From: Pseudomonadales bacterium
GTDB taxonomy: Bacteria; Pseudomonadota; Gammaproteobacteria; Pseudomonadales; Pseudohongiellaceae
Length of the DNA: 64,000 bases
Assembly: GCA_022763285.1 (NCBI GenBank)
Contig: JALEHB010000252.1
Span: 3,502 to 67,501 of the forward strand
Direction: 5' to 3'
Shown piece after piece: positions 50,796 through 62,573 of this stretch. Within the stretch, counting starts at the first letter, position 1, and each line of letters starts with the position of its first letter. The position numbers and the translations under genes were made by a program. Under the pieces are notes generated by a model. The model had not been told where the DNA came from. It saw only the letters and a program-made list of their open reading frames with translations, and did no database searches.

Positions 50796-52509
50796 TTCAA
50801 GAATCTCCGTACTGTTGCAACAATGGCGCCTTTATCTGGTGCTGTTCATGATGTCCCTGTGTGTGCTGGCCATTATCTGGAAGGCCAGCAGCCTGCACAT
50901 CACCGAACGGGATTTTCTGCAGGGCCAGGGTGATGCCAGAACCATTCGAACGGTGCCTCTGGTGGCCAATCGCGGTTTGATTACTGACCGCAATGGTGAG
51001 CCTTTGGCGGTGAGCACGCCGGTGAAGTCCATCTGGGTGGATCCCGGTGATCTGCTGGACTCGCCGGAATCGATTCCGGTGCTGGCTGGGCAACTGGAAT
51101 TAAATCCCGAAGTGCTGGCTGGCAATATTCGCAAGCATGCCAGTCGTGAATTCCTCTATGTAAAGCGTCGACTGCCTCCGGCCGATGCCGATGCCATTCT
51201 GGCTCTGGATCTGCCGGGTGTGTATGCCCAGCAGGAATACCAGCGTTTTTATCCCCAGGGTGAGGTTACTGCTCATCTGGTTGGCTTCAGCAATGTGGAT
51301 GATATTGGTCAGGAAGGACTGGAGCTTACCTATGACGAGTGGCTGCGGGGTGTGCCGGGCCGACGTCAGGTGATGAAGGATCGCCGCGGTCACATCATTG
51401 AAGAGCTGAACATTTTGCAGCCGGCCCAGCCTGGCAACAGCCTTGAACTGAGTATCGATTTTCGCATCCAGAATCTGGCCTACAAGGAACTGAAAGCGGA
51501 ATTCATCACCCGCCGTGCCAAAGCCGCATCGGCCGTGGTGCTGGATATTCGTACTGGTGAAGTGCTGGCCATGGTCAATCAGCCTTCCTATAACCCCCAT
51601 AACCGCGCCGGTCTCACAGATTTCAGTGTGCTGCGCAACCGGGCTATTACTGATGTGTTTGAACCCGGCTCCACCATCAAGCCCTTCACCATTATCGCGG
51701 CTCTGGAGTCCGGCCTGTATACCCCGGGCACCGTCATCGAAACCGGCCCCGGCTGGATGATGATCAGTGGTGATGAGGTCAAGGATATTGCCAATTATGG
51801 CACCCTCAATCTGTCCTCGGTGATTACCAAGTCCAGCAATATTGGTACCAGCAAGATTGCTTTGAATATCGGGCCGGAGCCTATTCGCGATGTGCTGGAA
51901 CGAGTCGGTTTCGGGCAGGTGCTGGGTACCGGTTTTCCCGGTGAGCGAGGCGGAGTGTTACCCAATCCGCGGCGTTGGAGCCGGATTGAAACGGCAACGC
52001 TTTCCTACGGTTACGGTCTGTCTTCCAGTGCCCTGCACCTGGCCCAGGCCTATTCTGTGATTGCCGACCGCGGTCTGCGCAAACCCGTTTCATTGTTGAA
52101 ACTGGATGAGGAAGCCCTGCAAACCCTGCCCACAGAACAGGTCGTGTCAGAGCAGCATGCCGATCAGGTGCTGGCCATGTTGAAAACAGTGGTGGATGCC
52201 AGTGCCGGGGGTGCTGCGACTGATGCCAATGTGCCCTTTTATCAGGTGGCAGGAAAGACCGGTACCGCCCATGTGGTTGGTGAGTTTGGCTATGAAGAGA
52301 ATCTGCACAATTCCCTGTTTGCCGGTCTGGTGCCGGCCTCGGATCCCCGTCTGGTTATTGTAGTGATCGTCAATGAACCCAAGGGTGATGAACACTATGG
52401 TGGTCAGGTGGCAGCGCCGGTCTTTTCCCGAATCGCCTCCGGCGCTATGCGAATTCTCGATGTGTCACCGGACAAGTCTGAAACCAGGCTCGAGTTGAGT
52501 GCAAAATAA
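50788..52509 (+). CDS. ftsI: Peptidoglycan D,D-transpeptidase FtsI (PBP3)
   Basis: Start at ATG 50788 (MSDSRISV...), overlapping the ftsL stop. Has a TM anchor and the transpeptidase motifs STIKP, SSN and KTGT. Confidence 0.93.
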   Translation: MSDSRISVLLQQWRLYLVLFMMSLCVLAIIWKASSLHITERDFLQGQGDARTIRTVPLVANRGLITDRNGEPLAVSTPVKSIWVDPGDLLDSPESIPVLAGQLELNPEVLAGNIRKHASREFLYVKRRLPPADADAILALDLPGVYAQQEYQRFYPQGEVTAHLVGFSNVDDIGQEGLELTYDEWLRGVPGRRQVMKDRRGHIIEELNILQPAQPGNSLELSIDFRIQNLAYKELKAEFITRRAKAASAVVLDIRTGEVLAMVNQPSYNPHNRAGLTDFSVLRNRAITDVFEPGSTIKPFTIIAALESGLYTPGTVIETGPGWMMISGDEVKDIANYGTLNLSSVITKSSNIGTSKIALNIGPEPIRDVLERVGFGQVLGTGFPGERGGVLPNPRRWSRIETATLSYGYGLSSSALHLAQAYSVIADRGLRKPVSLLKLDEEALQTLPTEQVVSEQHADQVLAMLKTVVDASAGGAATDANVPFYQVAGKTGTAHVVGEFGYEENLHNSLFAGLVPASDPRLVIVVIVNEPKGDEHYGGQVAAPVFSRIASGAMRILDVSPDKSETRLELSAK

Positions 52510-54059
52510 TGGAAACGGCTGCTGAGTCACAATCAGTTGTAAGCCTGGCAAGTTTGCTGGAGGGCTTTTCCGGCGTGCCGGAATTGTCGGGCAGCCTGGC
52601 GACTGTGACCGTCAGCGGCGTTAATCTGGACAGCCGCCTGGTACGTCCCGGAGACCTGTTTATTGCCTGTTTTGGCAAGAATCATGACGCCCGCGAATTT
52701 ATTGATGATGTGGCACAGCAGGGTGTGGCGGCTGTCTTTGCCGAGTCCGGTGGTCAGTGGCAGGGCGTGCAGGAATGCCATGGTGTGCCGGTAATCGCGG
52801 TGGACAAACTGGCTGCCAGAGTCAGTGAAATCGCCGCCCGCTTCTATGCCCATCCCAGTCACAAACTGACGGTGATGGGTATTACCGGCACCAATGGCAA
52901 GACCAGTTGCAGTCAGTTTATTGCCCAGTCCCTGATGAGTCTCGGCTATCGCAGCGGCGTAATCGGCACACTGGGTTACGGTGTCTATGGTGACTTGCAG
53001 GAAACCAGTCTGACCACGCCGGACCCGGTGTTTACTCAAAAGGCGCTGGCAGAAATGGTGCATGGAGGTGTGGATCCGGTGGTAATGGAAGTTTCTTCCG
53101 TGGGCCTGCATCAAAAGCGCGTAGCATCAGTGCTGTTTGATACAGCCATCTTCACCAATATCAGTCGCGACCATCTCGATTATCACAAGAGCATGGAGCA
53201 CTACGGTGCCAACAAGAAAAAGCTGTTCACCATGGACGGGCTGCGGCATGCGGTGATCAATCTCGACGATCCCTTCGCCCTGTCCATCATTAATGAGATA
53301 GCCAGCAATGTTGAAGTGTCCACCTACAGCTTGCGGAACTCGGTGGCCACGGTCCATGCGCGTGAGCTGGAGTTGACGCGCAGCGGGTATCAGGCGGAAA
53401 TCGTTACCCCCATCGGTAGCGGTCGCATCGCCGGCCGGTTGCTGGGTTCCTTCAATTTTTCCAATCTGCTGGCGGTTGCGGCCAGCCTTATCAGTTATTT
53501 GCAAGATCGCAGGGAACTGGATATCAGTCAGCTGTGTGACTTGCTGTCATCCCTGCGTCCCGTGGATGGGCGCATGGATATCATCGGCGATACCGACGAT
53601 ATCACCGTGGTGGTTGACTATGCCCATACCCCGGACAGCCTGCAGAGTGCGCTGCAGGCACTGCGGGAACATTTTGACAGCAAAATCTGGTGCGTATTTG
53701 GTTGTGGCGGTAATCGTGATCAGGGCAAACGGCCGATGATGGGAGAAATTGCTGAAGCCTGTGCAGATCGCATCATCATCGCCGATGACAATCCGCGCAG
53801 GGAACACGGTGATGACATTGTACAGCATATTCTCAGTGGCATTGGCCAACCTGAAGCGGCGCTAGTGATCCGGGACCGGGCCGAGGCTATCGACTATGCC
53901 GTCAGCAATGCCGCAGCAGGCGATGTGGTGCTGGTGGCCGGCAAGGGCCATGAAAATTATCAGGATATCGCTGGCGAACGGAAAATATTCAGTGATGCCA
54001 GCCAGGTACGTCTGTCTATGAACCACAGAAAGCAGGCCGCCGGGGAGAAGGAATCATGA
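52509..54059 (+). CDS. murE: UDP-N-acetylmuramoyl-L-alanyl-D-glutamate--2,6-diaminopimelate ligase
   Basis: 516 aa with the Mur ligase P-loop GITGTNGKTS and the DNPR motif (ADDNPRRE) typical of DAP-adding MurE. Confidence 0.95.
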   Translation: METAAESQSVVSLASLLEGFSGVPELSGSLATVTVSGVNLDSRLVRPGDLFIACFGKNHDAREFIDDVAQQGVAAVFAESGGQWQGVQECHGVPVIAVDKLAARVSEIAARFYAHPSHKLTVMGITGTNGKTSCSQFIAQSLMSLGYRSGVIGTLGYGVYGDLQETSLTTPDPVFTQKALAEMVHGGVDPVVMEVSSVGLHQKRVASVLFDTAIFTNISRDHLDYHKSMEHYGANKKKLFTMDGLRHAVINLDDPFALSIINEIASNVEVSTYSLRNSVATVHARELELTRSGYQAEIVTPIGSGRIAGRLLGSFNFSNLLAVAASLISYLQDRRELDISQLCDLLSSLRPVDGRMDIIGDTDDITVVVDYAHTPDSLQSALQALREHFDSKIWCVFGCGGNRDQGKRPMMGEIAEACADRIIIADDNPRREHGDDIVQHILSGIGQPEAALVIRDRAEAIDYAVSNAAAGDVVLVAGKGHENYQDIAGERKIFSDASQVRLSMNHRKQAAGEKES

Positions 54060-55423
54060 TTGGTTCCATGTCACTGGCGAATCTGGCCAAGCAGTTGAAT
54101 GGTCAGCTCAGCGGTGCTGATGTGTCCTTCCGCAGTCTGTCCACTGACACCCGCACTATTCATCCGGGCGACGCCTATCTGGCTCTGGTGGGTGAACGTT
54201 TTGACGGCAATGATTATGTGGACGAAGCCAAACAGCGCGGTGCAGCGGCTGCCATTGTCAGCAAGCCCCGGAAAGCAGATTTGCCGCTGTTGCAGGTAGC
54301 CGATACCCATCAGGCACTGGCACAGATCGCGCTTGAGAACCGCCTGCGCAGTGAAGCCAGGGTCATTGCCCTGACCGGTAGCCAGGGTAAAACCACGGTC
54401 AAGGAAATGCTGGCGTCGATACTGGCCAAGGCGGGTCCGACTCTCTATACCAGCGCCAATCTGAACAATACCATCGGCGTGCCCCTGACCCTGTTGCGGC
54501 TCGACAAATCACACCGCTTTGCGGTGATTGAAATGGGTGCCAATGGACAGGGTGAGATTGCCTTCAGTGTCAATGCCGCCAGGCCGAACCTGGCCCTGAT
54601 TACCAATGCCAGTGATGCCCATGTCGAGGGCTTTGGCAGTCTGCAGGGTATAGTGGAAGCCAAGGGTGAGATTCTTGACGGCCTGCAGTCGGGTGGCCGG
54701 GCCCTGTTAAATGCCGATGATCCCAATGTAGGGCAATGGATCAAGCGAGCCGCGGCCCATCATGTAGTGTTGTTCAGCTATGACAACAAGTACGGGCAGG
54801 CGTCCTATTATGCTCGCAAGGTCCGTATCGGAGAACAGGGGCGGGTTGCCTTTGAATTGCAGAGTCCGCTTGGTAGTCAGGCTGTGAGTTTGCACCTGTT
54901 AGGCAAGCACAATGTCTTCAATGCAGTCGCTGCCGCCTGTGCCGCTATCGAAGCCGGCGCCAGTCTGGAGCAGGTGGCGGCCGGACTGGCTGACTGCGAA
55001 ACGGTGCCGGGTCGACTGATGCCACTGCCAGGAATCCGTGGCAGCAACATCATCGATGACAGCTATAACGCCAGTCCCGCTTCCTTCTTCGCGGCCATCG
55101 ATGTGTTGATGACTTTCAAGGGTAAAAAAATCCTTCTGGCGGGCGACATGAAAGAACTCGGCAGTAATTCTGCCGAGGGTCATTTTGCCGTTGGCAACTA
55201 TGCCAGGGAAGCGGGTGTTGATGAACTGTGGGCAGTAGGGCAGGCAAGCCAGCAGACTGTCGCCGGTTTTGGTGGCGCCGGCAAATTGTTTGGCAGTCAG
55301 GAAGAACTAATAAAAGCAGGCAGATCAGAGGCCGATGAGAACACTGTGTTTCTCATCAAGGGCTCCCGGGGATCCCGGATGGATGTGCTGGTTGAAGCCC
55401 TGCGCGAAAAAGGAGGCGAGTAA
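54056..55423 (+). CDS. murF: UDP-N-acetylmuramoyl-tripeptide--D-alanyl-D-alanine ligase
   Basis: 455 aa with the P-loop TGSQGKTT. Conserved dcw position. Confidence 0.93.
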   Translation: MIGSMSLANLAKQLNGQLSGADVSFRSLSTDTRTIHPGDAYLALVGERFDGNDYVDEAKQRGAAAAIVSKPRKADLPLLQVADTHQALAQIALENRLRSEARVIALTGSQGKTTVKEMLASILAKAGPTLYTSANLNNTIGVPLTLLRLDKSHRFAVIEMGANGQGEIAFSVNAARPNLALITNASDAHVEGFGSLQGIVEAKGEILDGLQSGGRALLNADDPNVGQWIKRAAAHHVVLFSYDNKYGQASYYARKVRIGEQGRVAFELQSPLGSQAVSLHLLGKHNVFNAVAAACAAIEAGASLEQVAAGLADCETVPGRLMPLPGIRGSNIIDDSYNASPASFFAAIDVLMTFKGKKILLAGDMKELGSNSAEGHFAVGNYAREAGVDELWAVGQASQQTVAGFGGAGKLFGSQEELIKAGRSEADENTVFLIKGSRGSRMDVLVEALREKGGE

Positions 55424-56505
55424 TGCTCGTTTGGCTCTCTGAATATCTCATGCAGTTCGACAGCAATTTTGCTGTCCTCCAATACATCACCGTGCGCGGA
55501 ATCTTCAGTGTCCTGACCGCCCTGGGTGTTTCTCTGCTGATTGGTCCGGCGATGATTCGCAAACTCAACTACCATCAGATCGGCCAGGTGGTTCGCGATG
55601 ATGGACCGGAGACCCACTTCAGCAAGGCGGGCACACCCACCATGGGTGGAGCCCTGATTCTGGTGAGTATCGCCATCAGTACCGTGCTCTGGTCAGACCT
55701 TGAGAATCACTATGTGTGGATCGTATTGCTGGTGACAGTACTGTTTGGTGCGGTTGGCTGGGTGGACGATTACCGCAAAATTTTTCATCAGAATCCGGTG
55801 GGGCTGTCGGCTCGCTGGAAGTATTTCTGGCAGTCCGTGATCGGTGCCATTGCGGCGCTGGTTCTTTATTACAGCGCTGTCAGTCCGGTGGAAACCCAGT
55901 ACATCATCCCGTTCTTCAAGGATGTGGCTATCGACATGGGTATTCTCTACGTGGTGATCAGCTACTTCATGATTGTGGGTTTCAGTAATGCCGTCAATCT
56001 GACCGATGGTCTCGATGGTCTGGCCATTTTGCCAACGGTGATGGTTGGTGGGGCCCTGGGTGTGATTGCCTATCTGGCCGGGCACAGCGAGTTTTCTGCC
56101 TACCTGAATATTCCCTATGTAGTGGGCTCCGGTGAGGTGGTTATCTTCGCCGGTGCACTGGCCGGTGCCGGCCTGGGTTTTCTCTGGTTTAACACTTATC
56201 CGGCGCAGATTTTTATGGGCGATGTGGGTGCTCTGGCATTGGGAGCAGCCCTGGGTGTCATGGCGGTCGTTGCCCGACATGAAGTCGTCCTGTTCATCAT
56301 GGGTGGGGTTTTTGTGATGGAAACCGCCTCGGTGATTTTGCAAGTGGCATCATTCAAGCTGACCGGCAAGCGCATTTTCCGCATGGCGCCACTGCATCAT
56401 CATTTTGAACTGAAAGGCTGGCCAGAGCCCCGGGTAATTGTCCGCTTCTGGATTATTACGGTAATGCTGGTGCTGTTTGGCCTGGCGACACTGAAACTGC
56501 GCTAG
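55423..56505 (+). CDS. mraY: Phospho-N-acetylmuramoyl-pentapeptide transferase
   Basis: 360 aa. [22 protein letters not shown] and PLHHHFE are canonical MraY motifs. Confidence 0.96.
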   Translation: MLVWLSEYLMQFDSNFAVLQYITVRGIFSVLTALGVSLLIGPAMIRKLNYHQIGQVVRDDGPETHFSKAGTPTMGGALILVSIAISTVLWSDLENHYVWIVLLVTVLFGAVGWVDDYRKIFHQNPVGLSARWKYFWQSVIGAIAALVLYYSAVSPVETQYIIPFFKDVAIDMGILYVVISYFMIVGFSNAVNLTDGLDGLAILPTVMVGGALGVIAYLAGHSEFSAYLNIPYVVGSGEVVIFAGALAGAGLGFLWFNTYPAQIFMGDVGALALGAALGVMAVVARHEVVLFIMGGVFVMETASVILQVASFKLTGKRIFRMAPLHHHFELKGWPEPRVIVRFWIITVMLVLFGLATLKLR

Positions 56506-56518
56506 CGTTGCGCCGATT

Positions 56519-57880
56519 GTGAATGACTTGAATGAGCAGAAACTGACAGTGGTGGTAGGGCTGGGTGCAACCGGCCTGTCCTGTGTCCGGTATCTGGTCA
56601 GTCAGAACCAGCCCTGCATGGTGGTAGACAGTCGCAGCAATCCACCCGGGCTGGAGCAACTGCGTAAAGAGTATCCGCAACTCAAAGTCGAGTTGGGTGG
56701 TTTTAACGAGACAAGCTTGTCTCAGGCAAAAGAATTGATGATGAGTCCAGGTGTGAGTTTGCAGACCAGGGAAATAGCCAGTGCCATCGCCAGCGGCGTG
56801 CCGGTGACGGGTGATATTGACCTGTTCTCCCGTCTCGCCCCTGCGCCCATCGTGGCAGTGACCGGCTCCAATGGCAAAAGCACGGTGGTTGCCCTGTTGG
56901 CCGAGATTCTGCGGGCGGCCGGATGCGAGTTTGCCGTCGGCGGCAATCTGGATTCGGAATTCGGGCAACCGGCCCTGGATCTGTTGAATGAGCCCGACAA
57001 GGATCTGTATGTGCTTGAGCTTTCCAGCTTTCAGCTGGAAACCACCGAACAGCTCGGTGCAGAGGTGGCCGTGATTCTCAATGTCAGTGAAGATCATATG
57101 GATCGCTACGCTGACATGACAGATTACCTGGCCGCGAAACGACGAATTTTTCGGGCCTGCCACAAACTGGTGCTGAACAGGGATGAAGATGTCAGTGGCA
57201 TGGATGGGGATACCGCATTGCCCCGCTGGAGCTTCGGATTCGATGTGCCGGGTCAGGGTGAAGTAGGCCTGAACACGGTCTCCGGTGAGCAAACACTCTG
57301 TTTTGGGGCGGAGGCCGTGCTGGCGGTATCCGATCTGAAAATTGTCGGTCGTCACAATATTGCCAATGCCATGGCAGCGACCTGTCTGGCACTGGCGCTG
57401 GATATTGATCTGTCATCCATCCGTCAGGGCTTGCAGCGTTTTCCCGGATTGCCCCATCGCTGTCAGTGGGTGGCCTCGGTAGACGGCGTTGATTACTACA
57501 ATGATTCCAAGGCCACCAATGTAGGTGCTGCCATTGCCGCGGTGCAGGGCCTTGGCGAAAAAACTGCTGGCGGTCTGCTACTGATTGCCGGCGGTGATGG
57601 CAAGGGGGCTGACTTCAGTACACTGGCACCGGTGCTGCAGCGCTGGCTCAAAGGCCTGGTTTTGATTGGCCGCGATGCCGAGCGTATTGCTGCGGTCATG
57701 GACGGCTCGGTGCCAATTCAGTTTGCCAGCGATCTGGATGTCGCGGTGCAGCAGGCTGCCAGTCTTGCTGAGTCGGGAGATGTGGTATTGCTCTCACCGG
57801 CCTGTGCCAGTCTGGATATGTTCGAGAATTTCAAACAGCGAGGCACTGCTTTTATGCAGGCAGTGACAGCATTGCAATGA
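56519..57880 (+). CDS. murD: UDP-N-acetylmuramoylalanine--D-glutamate ligase
   Basis: 453 aa with a GTG start. Has the P-loop TGSNGKST and the N-terminal Rossmann motif GLGATG. Confidence 0.94.
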   Translation: MNDLNEQKLTVVVGLGATGLSCVRYLVSQNQPCMVVDSRSNPPGLEQLRKEYPQLKVELGGFNETSLSQAKELMMSPGVSLQTREIASAIASGVPVTGDIDLFSRLAPAPIVAVTGSNGKSTVVALLAEILRAAGCEFAVGGNLDSEFGQPALDLLNEPDKDLYVLELSSFQLETTEQLGAEVAVILNVSEDHMDRYADMTDYLAAKRRIFRACHKLVLNRDEDVSGMDGDTALPRWSFGFDVPGQGEVGLNTVSGEQTLCFGAEAVLAVSDLKIVGRHNIANAMAATCLALALDIDLSSIRQGLQRFPGLPHRCQWVASVDGVDYYNDSKATNVGAAIAAVQGLGEKTAGGLLLIAGGDGKGADFSTLAPVLQRWLKGLVLIGRDAERIAAVMDGSVPIQFASDLDVAVQQAASLAESGDVVLLSPACASLDMFENFKQRGTAFMQAVTALQ

Positions 57881-59052
57881 CCCTGGCAGCCAACAGAACA
57901 GCTTTGCAGGCGGAGCAGGGCAATAATGGCCTGAATTCGCTGTTGTTGATTGTGGTGATTCTGCTCACCACCGGTCTCTTGATGATGACCTCTGCCTCGG
58001 TAGAGGTGGCTAATTCCCTCGCCGGTGATCCGTTCTTCTATTTCAAGCGGCAGGCAATATTCGCCCTCATGGGTATTACCGGCCTGTTGATCACCCTGCA
58101 CATCCCCATGGTTTTCTGGCGCCGCATGAGCTGGTTTGCCCTGATGGCTTCCTTCGCGTTGTTATTGCTGGTGCTGGTGCCGGGTATTGGCACCGTGGTC
58201 AATGGCAGTGCCCGCTGGATTGATCTGGGATTGTTTCGTCTGCAGCCATCAGAGCTGGCCAAGGTATTTATAGTCATGTACATGGCGGCCTATCTGGAGC
58301 GGCATCTGGATGAGGTGCGGGAACACTGGTCCGGCTTCCTCAAGCCCATGCTGGTGATCGGTGCAGCAGTGGTATTATTGCATCTGGAACCGGATCACGG
58401 CGCCATGGTGATTCTGCTGCTGACTGCCTTCTGCATGATTTTCCTGGCCGGGGCGAAGTTGCATCGCTTTGCCCTGCTGCTGGCAATTTGTGTGGGTGCC
58501 ATTACCTTTCTGGCCATTACCAAGCCCTATGTGATTGTCCGCTTCTCATCTTTCCTGAATCCCTGGGCTGCCGAAAATGTCTATGGCGGTGGCTATCAAC
58601 TGACCCAGGCCCTGATTGCCTTCGGCCGGGGCGAGTGGTTCGGGGTAGGGCTGGGTAACAGTATTCAGAAACTGTATTTCCTGCCCGAGGCCCACAATGA
58701 TTTTGTATTGGCGATTATTGGTGAAGAGCTTGGCCTGGTGGGTGTGCTGTTTGTGGTGGCCCTGTTTTCACTGTTTGTATTCAAATCTTTCATGGTGGGC
58801 AGAAAAGCCCATGGCCTTGGTCAGCTTTTCAATGCCTTTGTCGCCTATGGTTTGTCGCTGGTGTTTGCCGGTCAGGCGATGATCAATATCGGTGTGAATA
58901 TCGGCCTGTTGCCTACCAAGGGGCTGACCCTGCCATTTCTCAGTTATGGCGGCGCCAGTCTGATTATCAGTTGTTTTATGGCGGCCTTGCTGGTGCGTAT
59001 TCAGTTTGAAGCTGACAATCCGGACCTGGCTGATGCGCCGCGGGGCAAGTGA
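57877..59052 (+). CDS. ftsW: Peptidoglycan glycosyltransferase FtsW (SEDS)
   Basis: 391 aa, multi-TM, SEDS-family pattern (PSELAK, LPEAHNDF, LPTKGLTLPFLSYGG). Confidence 0.93.
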   Translation: MTLAANRTALQAEQGNNGLNSLLLIVVILLTTGLLMMTSASVEVANSLAGDPFFYFKRQAIFALMGITGLLITLHIPMVFWRRMSWFALMASFALLLLVLVPGIGTVVNGSARWIDLGLFRLQPSELAKVFIVMYMAAYLERHLDEVREHWSGFLKPMLVIGAAVVLLHLEPDHGAMVILLLTAFCMIFLAGAKLHRFALLLAICVGAITFLAITKPYVIVRFSSFLNPWAAENVYGGGYQLTQALIAFGRGEWFGVGLGNSIQKLYFLPEAHNDFVLAIIGEELGLVGVLFVVALFSLFVFKSFMVGRKAHGLGQLFNAFVAYGLSLVFAGQAMINIGVNIGLLPTKGLTLPFLSYGGASLIISCFMAALLVRIQFEADNPDLADAPRGK

Positions 59053-60152
59053 TCATGAGTGGCGACAACACCAGGGTACTGATCATGGCCGCTGGTACCG
59101 GAGGTCATGTTTTCCCGGCACTGTCCATTGCCCGCTGTCTCCAGCAAATGGGTGCCGAGGTGCACTGGCTGGCCACCCATGGCGGCATGGAAAACGAATT
59201 GCTTAAAGACACAGAATTCAATCTGCACAGGATCTCCGTCAGCGGACTCCGTGGCAGTGGTTTAAAACGCAAATTGACGGCACCTTTTATGTTGTTCAAG
59301 GCCTACAGACAGTCGATGGCAGTCATTCGCCAGTTGCAGCCCGCTTGCGTTTTGGGTATGGGCGGCTTTGTCTGTGGTCCTGCGGGACTGGCAGCAAAAA
59401 TGCGCTCGATACCGCTGTTGATTCATGAGCAGAATGCCGTGGCAGGGCTGACCAACCGGCTGCTGAGTCGGCTGTCGCAAATCAATTTTGAGGCCTTCCC
59501 CAACACCTTTCCTGTATCGCCGAAGAATCAGTTCACCGGCAATCCCCTGCGTCAGGAAATCATCGCCCTGCACCAGGATAAGCGCCTGGACACAGAGCGC
59601 TATCGGCCACTGAATATTCTGGTGCTGGGGGGCAGCCAGGGAGCGACGGCAATCAACAAGGTGATTCCGGAAGTGCTGGCCAACTGGGGTGGCAACCTGC
59701 CGGCAATACTGCACCAGAGTGGTCGGCGTAACCTGGATGAAACAAGGCAACTGTATCAGTCGCTGGCTGTAGAAATGGGCGACAGATGTCGGGTAGAACC
59801 CTTTATTGAAGACATGGCAGCCGCCTATCAATGGGCTGACCTGGTCATCTGCCGCAGCGGTGCCAGCACAGTCAGTGAACTGGCGGCGGCGGGCTTGCCG
59901 GCGATTCTGGTGCCTTATCCCCATCACAAGGATCGCCAACAGTATTTCAATGCCGCCTGGATGGTGGACGCCGGTGCAGCCTGTTTGCTTGATCAGCAGG
60001 AATTCAGCGCTCGCACCGTCCTGCCGCTGCTGCGGGACTTCGATCTGCACCGGGACAAATTAGGCCATATGCAGCAGGCAGCCCATGATCTGGCTGTGGT
60101 GGATGCGGCAGAAAAAATAGCAAGGCAGTGCCTGGAGGTAGCCCATGGCTGA
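59049..60152 (+). CDS. murG: UDP-N-acetylglucosamine--N-acetylmuramyl-(pentapeptide) pyrophosphoryl-undecaprenol GlcNAc transferase
   Basis: 367 aa. Has the G-loop [12 protein letters not shown]. The start is GTG 59049 or ATG 59055. Confidence 0.94.
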   Translation: MIMSGDNTRVLIMAAGTGGHVFPALSIARCLQQMGAEVHWLATHGGMENELLKDTEFNLHRISVSGLRGSGLKRKLTAPFMLFKAYRQSMAVIRQLQPACVLGMGGFVCGPAGLAAKMRSIPLLIHEQNAVAGLTNRLLSRLSQINFEAFPNTFPVSPKNQFTGNPLRQEIIALHQDKRLDTERYRPLNILVLGGSQGATAINKVIPEVLANWGGNLPAILHQSGRRNLDETRQLYQSLAVEMGDRCRVEPFIEDMAAAYQWADLVICRSGASTVSELAAAGLPAILVPYPHHKDRQQYFNAAWMVDAGAACLLDQQEFSARTVLPLLRDFDLHRDKLGHMQQAAHDLAVVDAAEKIARQCLEVAHG

Positions 60153-61575
60153 GTCACCCAGTATCCATGTGATTCCGGAAATGCGCCGCATCAAGTGCAT
60201 ACATTTTGTTGGCATCGGTGGTGCTGGTATGTGTGGTGTGGCAGAGGTATTGCTTAATCAGGGTTACCGGATTACCGGTTCGGACATCAAACGATCCAGC
60301 AATACCGATCGCCTCAAGAAAATGGGTGCCAGGATCTTTATTGGCCACGAAGCGGCCAATGTGGCCAAGGCCGATGTGGTGGTTTATTCCAGTGCCATCA
60401 ACAAACGCAATCCTGAAATCCGCACTGCCATCAAGGAGTCAAAGCCTCTGATTGCCAGGGCGGAAATGCTGGCGGAGCTGATGCGCTATCGACACGCCAT
60501 TGCCATTGCCGGTACCCATGGCAAAACCACCACCACCAGCCTGGTGGCCTCGGTGCTGGCGGAAGGCGGCTTTGACCCCACTTTTGTGATCGGGGGTCTG
60601 CTTAATAGTGCCGGCACCAATGCCAGGTTGGGAGAGAGCCGTTATCTGGTGGCGGAGGCCGATGAGAGCGATGCCTCTTTCATGCATCTGCAACCCATGG
60701 TGGCAGTGGTGACCAATATCGAAGCCGATCATATGAGTACCTATGAAGGTGACTTTGACCGGCTGAAAAACTATTTCGTGGAATTTTTGCACAATCTGCC
60801 GTTTTACGGCCTGGTGGTGCTTTGTATTGATGATCCGGTGGTGCGTGAAATTCTGCCGCGTATCTCCAGGCCGAAGCTGACCTATGGCTTTTCCAAAGAC
60901 GCCGATTTTCGCATCAGCGATCTGCAGCAGAGTGAGGGCATGATCAGATTTGCCGTGCATCGGCCCGAGCGCAAGCGCCCGCTGAAGATCAGCCTCAACA
61001 TGCCAGGCCGCCACAATGCCCTCAACGCCACGGCGGCGGTGGCGATTGCCAGCGATGAAGGGATTGCCGACAAGGCTATTCGTGAAGGTATTCGCAAGTT
61101 CTCCGGGGTTGGCAGGCGTTTCGATGTACAGGGTGAATTCCCGGTGGGCGACGGCAGTGTCATGCTGATCGATGACTATGGTCATCACCCCACCGAAGTG
61201 GCCGCGACCCTGCGAGCCCTGCGAGAAGGTTGGCCGGAGCGACGCCTGGTGATGATCTATCAGCCCCACCGCTACAGCCGTACCAAGGATCTGTATGAGG
61301 ATTTCGTCGATGTGCTCACCGAAGCGGATGTGCTTTTGCTGCTGGAGGTGTACTCCGCCGGTGAAAAGAAGATCCCTGGCGCCGACTCCCGCAGCCTTTG
61401 CCGCTCGATTAGGTTGAGGGGCAAGGTTGACCCGGTTTATGTGCAAAAAGAGGCCGATGTTCGGGGAATTTTGGTCGATTTGCTGAAACCGGGTGACATC
61501 GTGCTGACCCAGGGTGCGGGCAGTGTGGGCGGGCTTGCCAAGGACCTGGCGAGCAAGGGTTTTTCGAAAGACTAA
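60145..61575 (+). CDS. murC: UDP-N-acetylmuramate--L-alanine ligase
   Basis: 476 aa with [10 protein letters not shown] and the P-loop GTHGKTTT. Confidence 0.95.
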   Translation: MAESPSIHVIPEMRRIKCIHFVGIGGAGMCGVAEVLLNQGYRITGSDIKRSSNTDRLKKMGARIFIGHEAANVAKADVVVYSSAINKRNPEIRTAIKESKPLIARAEMLAELMRYRHAIAIAGTHGKTTTTSLVASVLAEGGFDPTFVIGGLLNSAGTNARLGESRYLVAEADESDASFMHLQPMVAVVTNIEADHMSTYEGDFDRLKNYFVEFLHNLPFYGLVVLCIDDPVVREILPRISRPKLTYGFSKDADFRISDLQQSEGMIRFAVHRPERKRPLKISLNMPGRHNALNATAAVAIASDEGIADKAIREGIRKFSGVGRRFDVQGEFPVGDGSVMLIDDYGHHPTEVAATLRALREGWPERRLVMIYQPHRYSRTKDLYEDFVDVLTEADVLLLLEVYSAGEKKIPGADSRSLCRSIRLRGKVDPVYVQKEADVRGILVDLLKPGDIVLTQGAGSVGGLAKDLASKGFSKD

Positions 61576-61626
61576 TATATTGATTTTTATAGAAGATTTT
61601 CGCAAAGAGCATTAAGAATTCTGGCT

Positions 61627-62562
61627 ATGAGAACGATAAATAGAGAGGAAATACTCGCAAAGGCGGGACATGTTCTGGTCCTCATGGGAGGGCAGTCATC
61701 GGAACGTGAAATTTCCCTGAAAAGTGGCAAGGCCGTCAGTGCAAGTCTGCAAAGACTGGGTATTGAGTTCAGCGCTATTGATGTAGGTGACGATGTCGTT
61801 GTCAGGCTGCAGCAAACGCAGCCCGATCTGGTCCTCAACATGTTGCATGGCAAGGGCGGAGAAGACGGCATCATGCAGGGCTTGCTGGAAGCCATGGGGC
61901 TGAAATACAGCGGCAGTGGTGTTCTGGCTTCGGCCCTGGCCATGGACAAGGTCAGGAGCAAGCAGCTCTGGGTCCATGCCGGTTTGAATACTGCCGAGTA
62001 CAGGGTACTTAATGACGGCAGTGACTGGCAGGGCATTATTGCCAGTCTCGGCAAGGTGGTCGTGAAGCCGGTCAGCGGTGGTTCCAGTCTTGGTATTGCC
62101 ATCACCGATGATGCGGGGCAATTGCGCCAGATGTATCAGGCCGCCAGGGCTTTTGATACCCAGATCATGGCAGAGCGTTATATCGCCGGTCGGGAGTTTT
62201 CCACCGGTGTGCTGGGTGAGGATTTGTTGCCAACCATTCAGCTGGAAACAGAACGGCAGTTTTTCGATTTCGAAGCCAAGTATGTAGACAAAGCCACGCG
62301 CATTATTTGTCCGGCGGAACTGGAAGCGGAGAAATTGCAGGAGCTGGAAACCCTGGTGCGACAGTCCTATGACTGCCTTGGATGTCGCGGCCTGGCAAGG
62401 GTGGATGTGATGCAGAGTGAAGCGGGGGAGTTTTTCCTGCTGGAGCTGAATACGATCCCCGGCATGACTGAGCACAGCTTCGTGCCAACATCGGCCCATC
62501 GTATCGGCATAGACTTCGATGAGCTGGTATTACGCATACTGGATTGTGAACTGAACAGATAG
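61627..62562 (+). CDS. ddl: D-alanine--D-alanine ligase
   Basis: 311 aa. GGQSSEREISLKSG, HGKGGEDG and the ATP-grasp C-terminus LELNTIPGMT are present. Confidence 0.94.
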   Translation: MRTINREEILAKAGHVLVLMGGQSSEREISLKSGKAVSASLQRLGIEFSAIDVGDDVVVRLQQTQPDLVLNMLHGKGGEDGIMQGLLEAMGLKYSGSGVLASALAMDKVRSKQLWVHAGLNTAEYRVLNDGSDWQGIIASLGKVVVKPVSGGSSLGIAITDDAGQLRQMYQAARAFDTQIMAERYIAGREFSTGVLGEDLLPTIQLETERQFFDFEAKYVDKATRIICPAELEAEKLQELETLVRQSYDCLGCRGLARVDVMQSEAGEFFLLELNTIPGMTEHSFVPTSAHRIGIDFDELVLRILDCELNR

Positions 62563-62573
62563 TACGACAGACG

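Noticed and set aside
60439-61605. 388-aa minus-strand ORF; also 62592-63605 (337 aa), 59262-60050 and 56456-57355
   Set aside because: All are antisense to unambiguous dcw genes (murC, ftsQ, murG, murD). These are typical long shadow ORFs in GC-rich coding sequence.
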